A DNA stretch of 63,363 nt, counting the filler, from Craspedostauros australis (taxonomy: Eukaryota): NCBI GenBank assembly GCA_030167865.1. It is 7 parts of 7 records of this genome, joined end to end, with 100 filler letters (N's around TTAATTAATTAA, not from the genome) between each part and the next. Parts side by side here need not be neighbours in the genome. Positions count along the whole stretch, not along the records: positions 39,879 to 55,572 come from JALAGF010005610.1; positions 55,673 to 57,201 come from JALAGF010005612.1; positions 57,302 to 63,363 come from JALAGF010005613.1; 4 more parts are not named here. One strand, 5' to 3'. Within the stretch, counting starts at the first letter, position 1. Every line of letters begins with the position of its first letter. This document shows positions 54,449 to 63,363 of this stretch, one piece after another. A program made the translations under genes and the position numbers. Under the pieces are notes generated by a model that searched no databases, was not told where the DNA came from, and saw only the letters and a list, made by a program, of their open reading frames with translations.

Positions 54449-54720
54449 GAAGGTGGACATGTGTCCCTATTAGCACTGCTTCAGATCAACTCTTCGAAGC
54501 CGGGGCAGATGTTGGTGCATCCAATGAAAAATGTGGAATGCACTGTGAAGTTATTGTATATCTTGGGACGTGCGTTATGTAACGCATTGCATGCTCTACG
54601 GGCAGATAATATCGCGTTGGAGGTATGTCTACAGACACTGTGTGTCGCATAGTCCAATTTCGCATGTTCGAGGCATCCTCATATGTAGTCGTATCTTCCG
54701 CAGTCCACCACACCACCGCT

Positions 54721-55540
54721 CTATTCCCAATTGGATGCTTCCAGTTGTCCATAGAAGGAGGTATGCTGGATGTGCAACACAGCAAGGAACACAGATGCGG
54801 GAGCATTGCGTATCCAGCCAGCATCACATGTCATTGCCATGATTCCCATGTTCCATTTCGTACAAACGCAGCAGCGACTCACCCGTGGGAAACAGCTTGC
54901 TGTTGGAGGTGCGGCCATCAAACTTGGTCTTTGTGAAGGAACGCCACAAGTGGAGATGTGCACGTGGAAGGCAACGTAGTGTGTCCATTGCAGGCGGTCT
55001 GGGAAGTCGGATGGCATGATCATGAAGCCTTGGAACAGCATGGAGACACCAAACCACCCTGCCACGAGCGTCATGTTGAGAAGGTACCAGAAGAGTTAGT
55101 TGAACTTGAGCATTGCCATGATAATGAACGAGGCGAGGAATGCCAGCAACCCAGTGCCTGAGATCGAATCAAAACCTTGCATCATTTGGTAGACAATGGG
55201 ATGGCAGTAGTCATTGAGCAGCTCCTTGTCGAAGATGCTGTGCACGATGACCACGAAGGGCAGCATGGCGACCCTCATGAAGATGAAGAAATCCACACAG
55301 TAGAACAGCACTGCTGCACGCAAAAGGATACTCTCATGGTCATCGCGTTCACCGAGCTCCCAAAACAGCGCACTGACCAGCAATACCAGCATTGAGTGCA
55401 TTGCATGACAACGCGTGCGAAGAGGATGCCTGGGTTGAGCCAGATGTGTTGGGCCAGACGTTGATGAAGTACCAGGACGTCAATTCCATGATTGCCGCTA
55501 ATCTGCGCAAACGGAGCAAGTCCTGCTGTTCCTCATGCAT
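54721..55540 (-). pseudogene. ABCG-type transporter membrane-domain relic
   Basis: LFWELG..RAAVLFY..LPF..FDKELLN..LFQGFMIMPSDFPDRLQWTHY, with stops and deletions. Confidence 0.75.
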
Positions 55541-55572
55541 GAGCTATTGTTGGCTGTAGGTGCGCTGTACGA

Positions 55573-55672
55573 NNNNNNNNNNNNNNNNNNNNNNNNNNNN
55601 NNNNNNNNNNNNNNNNTTAATTAATTAANNNNNNNNNNNNNNNNNNNNNNNNNNNNNNNNNNNNNNNNNNNN
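55573..55672. other. Artificial contig spacer
   Basis: 44N + TTAATTAATTAA + 44N. Confidence 0.97.
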
Positions 55673-57201
55673 CCTGGTCGGAAGGGAAGGGACAGCGCCG
55701 TCCCACACAGCTCGAGCCAAGCCGAAGCGACGCTCCGTGTCATTCGCCGACGCGAATTCCTACCACGTCCTCTCAGATGAAGACAATGAGGACGATGACG
55801 GCACCAACAACAACACGAGTGCGAAGAAGGACTTACCAGGTCTCGCGAGCGAGACGGCGACCACACCAGTGGACGAAGGGACTGCGTCCGAAGAAGAGGT
55901 TGACGCGATTCCCGTCGACGACGACACAGTGACCGACATTGAAGATGTCGCCCCACCGAGTGTCCCGCCAAGCATCCTCCGCACTCNGCCAACNTCACGC
56001 AAGCGTTCGCACGAAGCGAACGANGANNCGAAAGNTAGTCGCACCACGACTGCTGATCCCCCANGACGNCCAAGCAAGCGCGANACCNCTCGCAGCGAAC
56101 GACAACAGCGATACATCGAGCGAAGCAAGCATCAAGCAAAAACAAATGCGAAATCGCGTGCGTCGCTGCCATCCAACATGAAAGGAAAGAGCGAATTGCG
56201 CAACCTTGCGAACTACAACAAGCCAGGAAAGAAAGAGNNNNNNNNNNNNNNNNNNNNNNNNNNNNNNNNNNNNNNNNNNNNNNNNNNACGCGATTCCCGT
56301 CGACGACGACACAGTGACCGACATTGAAGATGTCGCCCCACCGAGTGTCCCGCCAAGCATCCTCCGCACTCTGCCAACGTCACGCAAGCGTTCGCACGAA
56401 GCGAACGATGACCCGAAAGTTAGTCGCACCACGACTGCTGATCCCCCAAGACGACCAAGCAAGCGCGACACCGCTCGCAGCGAACGACAACAGCGATACA
56501 TCGAGCGAAGCAAGCATCAAGCAAAAACAAATGCGAAATCGCGTGCGTCGCTGCCATCCAACATGAAAGGAAAGAGCGAATTGCGCAACCTTGCGAACTA
56601 CAACAAGCCAGGAAAGAAAGAGAAGCATGAAGGCAAGCAGTTCACTACCAACCTATCCATCTTCAATAGGGGAAGCAACACCGACGACGATAAGAGCAAC
56701 ACAGACCACGATCATGACAGCAGTGAGGAGACCAACGACGATGACGAAACCAATGGCGACACCACCGACGAGAATGAGGAGAACAACGAAGCTACAGACG
56801 ACGAAGACAGCGATTCTCCTCCATCAGACATCACCAACGCAGTCACAGATGCTCTATTCGGTAACAACGCAATCAGCACCGACGACTTTGAGATAGAGAT
56901 CTGCGCAACCACCGAAGATGAGACAGGAGAGACATCAACGCACATCGAGCCATCAACCTTCGACCAAGCATTCAACCATCCGAATGCAACACACCGGAAG
57001 GGCTACAGAGCTGCCATCGCAAAGGAGTTCGGTTCGATGGATGCTCGATCCGTCTACAGCAAGATCAAGCGCTCATCGATTCCAAGGGACCGCAGATGCT
57101 GCAAGTGCAAATGGGTATTTAAATTAAAGCGCAATGGAACCTATCGAGCGCGTCTGGTGGCGTGTGGCTACTCGCAGATCGCAGGAGTGGACTACCAAGA
57201 G
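55673..57201 (+). mobile_element. Copia E fragment (IN-RT linker and start of RT)
   Basis: EPSTFDQAF..AIAKEF..KWVFKLKRNGTYRARLVACGYSQIAGVDY. Confidence 0.92.
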
Positions 57202-57301
57202 NNNNNNNNNNNNNNNNNNNNNNNNNNNNNNNNNNNNNNNNNNNNTTAATTAATTAANNNNNNNNNNNNNNNNNNNNNNNNNNNNNNNNNNNNNNNNNNN
57301 N
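57202..57301. other. Artificial contig spacer
   Basis: 44N + TTAATTAATTAA + 44N. Confidence 0.97.
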
Positions 57302-57900
57302 GTATACTGGTGTTCTTCCAAGGCATAGAATGATGCCAGCATTGGATCTTCATGTGACTCAATTGTGTGCATGATCGCCATTGACGAATGCATACATTAG
57401 CAGTTGTAGGTAGATCAGCTTTGGCAATCTGTTGTTGATTTCCTCTGATGCTTCCGGTATTCCTCCTTCATCTGCGAGGCCATTTCTGGATTGGATGGTG
57501 TTGCATTGAAGTTGTCAAATATCATCGGGCAAGAGCCAATCTGTGTTTGCAATGTGGACTTGTGCTCCAGATATCCCCATACTTTGATGGCTCTCTCAAG
57601 GCGTCCTTTGCGAGATGATGCAGCGAAACGTGAAAGTGAAGAAGTTGCAAATGCAAAATCAAAACGTCCAAGTTGAACAACTCGGTTCATCATCCCGATG
57701 AGCTGCTGGAACTGGTGTTGTTAGTCAGGTGTTAGTAGTTTGGAGTCATCCGTTTCCAGATGATTCTTNNNNNNNNNNNNNNNNNNNNNNNNNNNNNNNN
57801 NNNNNNNNNNNNNNNNNNCCGATGAGCTGCTGGAACTGGTGTTGTTAGTCAGGTGTTAGTAGTTTGGAGTCATCCGTTTCCAGATGATTCTTGTTCTGCG
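57302..57900 (-). mobile_element. Degenerate copia RT C-terminal fragment
   Basis: FQQLIGMMNRVVQLGRFDFAFATSSLSRFAASSRKGRLERAIKVWGYL. Confidence 0.8.
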
Positions 57901-58514
57901 TGAGACCATGTTGGTTGTGTATTGATCCCTGTTGTCGTTCCAACTTGTCCAATGCATTTGCAATGTATTTGCTGCAGGCAGGCTTGCAGCAGATACTGTG
58001 ATAACGCCTGATCCACAGCCACTGTTGGACCTCAAGAAGCCAATCGGCCACATGAATGATGTCATTTTGCTTCCGCTGACGCTGCACGAGAGTGCCAGCA
58101 TGCACCCTGTGGCATTGGCTGCAGTGGGTCGCCGTCAGTGTGTCCACATGGCATGTCATGATGCTCAAAATATCAAACCATCCCAACAATACGGCGTTTG
58201 ACATCGACATGTTGTCATCTGGCAACCATCCACCTGCTGACATCACCTGGAACAGCATGAACAACCAAGAGCAGCTACATGTTTTCGACATCGCCCCTGG
58301 ACATTGTGCTCGTTGCATTCTGTAGTGGCAATCCAGACTGTGGCATTCATATCTCATGGATAGCAGCGAACATGAGGTGTGGACCCTGGGCAATGTGGCA
58401 TATTGGCAAGTTCTGCTCACGGATACTCTTGCGACTGTTGACGGTGGTGNNNNNNNNNNNNNNNNNNNNNNNNNNNNNNNNNNNNNNNNNNNNNNNNNNC
58501 TGGGCAATGTGGCA

Positions 58515-59363
58515 TATTGGCAAGTTCTGCTCACGGATACTCTTGCGACTGTTGACGGTGGTGGTGGTGGTGGTGGTGGTGGTTGATACTATTTTTCTTG
58601 CTATTTCTTTGCATTGTTCCGATGCCTCTTGGAGTCTCCCAATACTCTTGGTGTCTCTCAACTATCGTCCAACTATGAGTTGGCATGTGAGATGCTCTCT
58701 TGCTATTTCTTGTATTCTCTCGCTCTTTCTCTCTTGTGTGTTGGTACTGTGTGATAATCAGTGATAGATACATTCTCTGTATTTGATACATACTCCATCA
58801 TTTCATCGTCTACTGGTGCACTACTCTGTGAGTATTCGCCAATGTCTCATCTGAACTCCTCCTTGCATATCCACAATCTTGATGTCACTTGGTCATTGAA
58901 TCTTCGCCTTCTTGATCTGATGTGGAGACAGGTGTTAATGTGGTGACATGATGACATCCTGTTGATGTCAGCTGTCGTCTTCCATGATCCTTCAGATTCC
59001 ATATTCCATTGATGATGCAGTGGTATGGCGAGGATATCGTCATTTGAGGTTAAGTTGTGAAATACATCGATCCTTGCTCGATGTCATGCATTTCTGTCAG
59101 TTGATGAACAAACTGCATTCCTGATGCTCTCAGAAATGAGTGTTTACAAATATCCTTCCAAAATTCTGATTTTTTGTGTGTGCCGATTTTGTGATGTGAT
59201 TTCGATCAACCACAGATCATTCACAGATCAATCACAGATCACTCACAGATCGCTCACAGATCAATCACAGATCACTCATGACACAAATGTTTGCACTGCT
59301 TGTGCATAGATCATACAAGAACAATGGGTGAGCGATGCACATACACATATGTACATTCCAACA
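58515..59363 (-). mobile_element. LTR, copy 3 (diverged, probably solo)
   Basis: Minus strand reads TGTTGGAATGTACA...GAACTTGCCAATA and aligns end to end with 6658-7684; flanked by a GGCA direct repeat (58511-58514, 59364-59367). Confidence 0.8.
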
Positions 59364-59676
59364 GGCAAGGCAACAATCACAGGGCACACATTCACAGCTA
59401 CTCTGGCTGCTACGGATTTCTGGCTGTTCTTTGCTGTCACAACCATGGAGAACAAGACTATCTATGGCGCTGACATTTACAATGCATTTGCTGAGGCTTC
59501 TTGTGGTGCACAGAAGTACTACATGCATGTTGACAGCCCCTTTGCTGACTGGTGGCAGTCGTGGGGACGCGCACCCATTCCGTGCAGCTGCATGACTCTC
59601 ATCAGCAAGAATCCTCAAGGTCATTCCTGAGCACTATGGCAGTGGGCAGTGCACATCAATGCACAGCTGCAGCGCA

Positions 59677-60381
59677 TATCAACATCTAGATCGAAATTAG
59701 GTACCCATCTCCCATGACTGAAATGTGATTCACTATTTTTGATTCGACTCGATTTGAGAGTATAGTCGAGTGAGTCTTGATACACGATTGAGATTCAGTC
59801 ACTACAGTCATCGAACCTGACGTAGGCACTGACATCATCGTATGACGTCAGAGGATCGGTCATTGTGATCCTCGGAATCGAGATTATATCTTAGTCATGG
59901 TATGCTGACCTGTCTAGCAAAGCCAAGGGCATCATCGAGCACGTGGCAACAACATTTAGGATCCAGAACAACATCGTCAGAGGTGATGCATGCACCTCGT
60001 CGACGTAGACGGATCAATCCATATATGATCAAACAGATATCAAGATTAGGCAAGACCAGGAGAGAGGAAGAAAGACCCAAGGGCGAGAATAACACGGGAT
60101 ATCGTGTAAATCAACATGCCATCTTGGGCAATGTTTTAGGAAAGACTGCGAGAGAAACCACGAGGTAATCGAGCAGCACGTTAGCAACCGTGTAATAGGC
60201 ACCATCATTAGAAATAGGAGATCATCATCTCATAATCCAAACTCAATCATCAATTGAATACAACTATTAGCAACAACAACAATCACCAAACACACCGACT
60301 CCACCTGACGGCTTGATCACCCTGGCGGCGTAGTAAGTGCAGTGTTTGGTGCCCTGTCCTGTATTGAATTGCTGATTATCA
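59677..60381. mobile_element. 705-bp solo-LTR-like insertion
   Basis: TATCAACA...ATTATCA flanked by GCGCA/GTGCA; removing it restores ..AQLQRMGF.. in the host RT. Confidence 0.75.
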
Positions 60382-60594
60382 GTGCATGGGTTTCAGGCCC
60401 ACCACACATGCTCTATGCCTATACCGCGGTGCTTACAAAGAACACAACATGCTCTTTCCATGTCAGGTTGGTGACTTTGCCATTGCATGCAGCAATGTAG
60501 CGGCTTGCTCCACGATCTGCGATGAGCTTGGATTCGTTCCTGTCCATTCCCATGAAATGATTCAGCGTTCTCCAACACTTCATTGGTGCAGATC

Positions 60595-60800
60595 TATCAG
60601 CACAAATACGTATAGTGCAAATTACGTTACTCCTGTAGCCCCCACTATCTATAAATTTCACTTGTGTTCGGATCAGCAATCGCAACGCCTGTAGCTCAAC
60701 GGCAGAGCACCAGTAATTTTCACTGAGGTTCTGGGTTCGAATTCCGGCATGGTACTTTGCTTTTGCTCTCCCCTCGTGATTTTTCGATAGTGCTCTTTCA
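60595..60800 (+). mobile_element. 206-bp solo-LTR-like insertion carrying a tRNA-like sequence
   Basis: TATCAGCAC...GTGCTCTTTCA flanked by AGATC/AGATC; removing it restores ..HFIGADLIQT.. in the host RT. Confidence 0.8.
60685..60754 (+). ncRNA. tRNA-like (pseudo-tRNA / Pol III A-B box) module
   Basis: A box TAGCTCAACGG, D stem GCTC/GAGC, anticodon-like stem CAGT/ACTG with a 7-nt loop, B box GGTTCGAATTCC, T-runs downstream. The acceptor stem is poor. Confidence 0.75.
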
Positions 60801-62374
60801 AGATCTGATCCAAACCACCACAAATGTCTTCATCCACAATAGTACACATCTCAACAAGGTTTTCAAATGGAATGAGCAGAAGAAGATGAATGGTGGGCTC
60901 ACTCCAATGGATGATGGCAATGCGCACATACGCAAGCTGGACGATTCTGAAGCGTTGGATACATGTGGTCTCAAGCAGGCACAGGCAGACATTGAATGTT
61001 ATTGTGAGGCTATTGGCAAACTCATCTGTCCCATGATCACCTGTAGGCCAGCCATCGCTTTTCCCATCGTGAAACTCTTGCAATTCTTGGCGAGGCTGGC
61101 CATAGATCATTTTGCTGTCGCCAAGCAGGTTTCTCGATATCTCTTCCGCACTCCTGCTCAAGGCATCGTGCTGCATTGCACCAACGCTGTCCCTGCACTA
61201 CCGCCTATGCCTGTTCCAGCCAAGCAAATGCCAGCACATGATGATGTATTTGGCCATCCAGCAGAACAACCCAATGTCCTCTAAAGGTATGCTGACAGTG
61301 ATTGGGCCATGGACACTCAGCAACAACAGTCAGTGTTGTCCATTGTTTTCCATCTCGCTGCTGCTGCTGTTGCATGGAAACCAAGAGTGCAGATCATGGT
61401 CGCCATGTCCAGCACAGAGGATGAACTTCTCTGTGCTTCCGATGCTGGTCGCATGGCATTATGCAATTGTTGCGTCCTTGGCAAGCTTGGTGTACTTCAG
61501 CAGTGTGGTGCAGTGCTGTACGAGAACAACTGAATTGCGCTCATGATGGCCAACGCACGGCAGCCCTCGCGTTGCACACGCCACGGCGCCATTCTACATT
61601 TTGCTGTTCAACAGTGGGTGGAAAACGACCACATTGCGTTCGCAGAAACTTGTCTGCTTTGATCGCTGCCGACATGTCTACCAAGCAGACCTCTCCGCCC
61701 CTCTTCACGAGGCACTGGGACCACGTCTCCAGAGTGATGTCCCTGTGTGGCCAGCAACATGAAGCAAGCGGCAGCTGCAACTGATTAGAGTAGTTACATA
61801 CTTTCGGATCGTTTGGTCGTCCCAGTCCATCAATTGTAGCGGGTGTCACAGTCTGGATATTGTCCATCTGTGTGGACAGAGACTTCACGCTTTTACTCCA
61901 CCTCACACCAAAATCAAAATTCTTGTGTTCTCTGCTTTGTACAGGCTCTCACACCATGCACTCATCACAATGGATGCAGAATAGCTACTTTGTACCACAC
62001 ATGAGCTTGCTTTGGTTGGAGGAGCACCCATGCACATTTTACATATATTTTTTGTATGTGCAGTGATGCTTTGTTTGTGTACTTCATTGGCACTCCATCA
62101 GCCAGCAGTTGCATTCCAGCTTTCCATTGTCGCGAAGATTGGAGAGTGATGGGTTCCATCCAGGATTCTGAGGTTTTGACCTTCTGTAGAAGTAACTGTG
62201 TCATGGACATACATGGCAGGCGTTCCAGTTCAATGCATCNNNNNNNNNNNATGATGATGGAGAGTGATGCTGTGATCAACAACATGGTTGATGGTTGTGT
62301 TGGACATTTGTGGATAGTCCTGTCCACACTGTTCAACATCAGGTGTTGGATCCAAGCCATGTTGACACCATCGT

Positions 62375-62841
62375 CTCTCCGGCGTTCGCGACTCCCCCAC
62401 TAAATCCATACAGCTGCAGCAAAGCAAAGTAGGCTGGGTGGCCATGATTTAGGGCGGATGGGCAATGCAGTGGAGTGCGCAAGCACCTCACAATCGGAGG
62501 CGCGCCCTTGACTACTTCACAATTGGCAGGACAGTGTCACCAACCTCATGTGGCACACGACACTGATGCAATGGCAGGACCAGACCAAGATCAAGGCGTC
62601 CCAGACTTCCGATGACACAACGTCCGTGCTGCTCCAATATTTTCAGATGCTCCAAACATGCCTGCCAACCACCATCCCTGCAGTCCTGCACTCACTTTGG
62701 GAGCATCATCCGTACACTGAGCAGACCGCCCAGTTCATTCTGTGGGTCCAAGCCATGCACCAAGGCCTTGGAGGCAATGCATCACCAGCCACGGCAGTGC
62801 TTGTGAACTGGAAATGGAACTATAGGCGGATTGCACCCTGA
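62375..62841 (+). mobile_element. Degenerate 3' fragment of a LINE related to 24310-32836
   Basis: RDSPTKSIQ..KVGW..GGWA and WHTTLMQWQDQTKIKASQTSDD..WVQAMH match the ORF2 C-terminus (WHAILEQWKDRNEVKASQLADD..WVQAMH). Confidence 0.85.
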
Positions 62842-62892
62842 GACAATTCCCCTGACACCATCATTTCAAACCTCAGAAGTAGAGCATTGATG

Positions 62893-63190
62893 AAGCATTG
62901 AAGTGACTGTAGTCTTCTGGGTGGTAGTGAGGAAGCTGGGGGAGGGAAATGGTGGAACCCTCCTGCTCATCATCACTTTGAAGCAAGGGTGTTCAGTTTA
63001 CATATTGGCTTGCGTCACATCCTACAATAGAGTTCGTCCTCAAAAGAACTTGTCTACATAATGTCTACATGCGTGATATGTGTATGATGCAGGTTCACAT
63101 TCAAAATGAGATGATTGTTCACTTGATTTCGTCGTTGACACTATCAAACATCATCATTTGATTCTCNGTCCAATCATTTCGNCTCGCTCT
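62893..63190 (+). repeat. Dispersed repeat, partner of 456-755
   Basis: Aligns with the reverse complement of 456-755. Confidence 0.7.
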
Positions 63191-63363
63191 CCTNANGTTT
63201 CGTTGCGACGGTCATGAAGCACGCCTGCCAGATGCAACCAATTCGGCGCGTCTTTTGGTGAGACAGGAACGGGAACGGGAACGGAACCACAAGATCGTCA
63301 ATTCATTCTGGTGCTATGTACATGGCAGAGCATCCGTCTGTACGCGTAACCCCCAAACTGTCG

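Larger units (their letters stand above)
59364..61745 (+). mobile_element. Degenerate copia RT/RNase H interrupted by two nested insertions
   Basis: YGADIYNAFAEA, GFRPTTHALCLY, ITCRPAIAF, YADSDWA, SSTEDEL, AADMSTK, with stops and frameshifts. Confidence 0.88.

Noticed and set aside
60685..60754. Functional tRNA-Lys(TTT)
   Set aside because: The acceptor stem pairs poorly and the anticodon loop lacks Y32/U33/R37; kept only as tRNA-like.
61790..62370. Possible further retroelement relic on the minus strand
   Set aside because: Too degenerate; no diagnostic motif.

Overview
Eukaryotic draft sequence, probably from a diatom (CoDi-like Ty1/copia elements, an Ambal-like LINE, intron-poor genes, RxL/KxxK motifs). 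It is not one locus: seven contigs are joined by artificial 100-nt spacers (44N + TTAATTAATTAA + 44N), and many blocks are duplicated across N gaps. About half is retroelement DNA: several Ty1/copia lineages, a three-copy LTR family, nested solo insertions, and a full-length 8.5-kb non-LTR retrotransposon (APE-RT-RNase H) inserted with a 20-bp target-site duplication (TSD) into a copia ORF. Host genes are a long disordered Ser/Arg protein, a secreted HEXXH metallopeptidase, a BTB/discoidin-like protein, a membrane-anchored SET protein, a Q/P-rich protein, a Cys-rich secreted protein and an ankyrin-BTB protein, plus two pseudogenes. The strongest leads are three. (1) A copia gag-pol junction with an in-frame UGA, a CAAUCA readthrough context, an 8-nt spacer and a possible pseudoknot. 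(2) A ~210-aa CxxC-x9-CxxC domain between Gag and protease, conserved in two divergent copia elements. (3) A 206-bp LTR-like insertion carrying a tRNA-like Pol III module. All calls come from reading motifs by eye; no searches were run.
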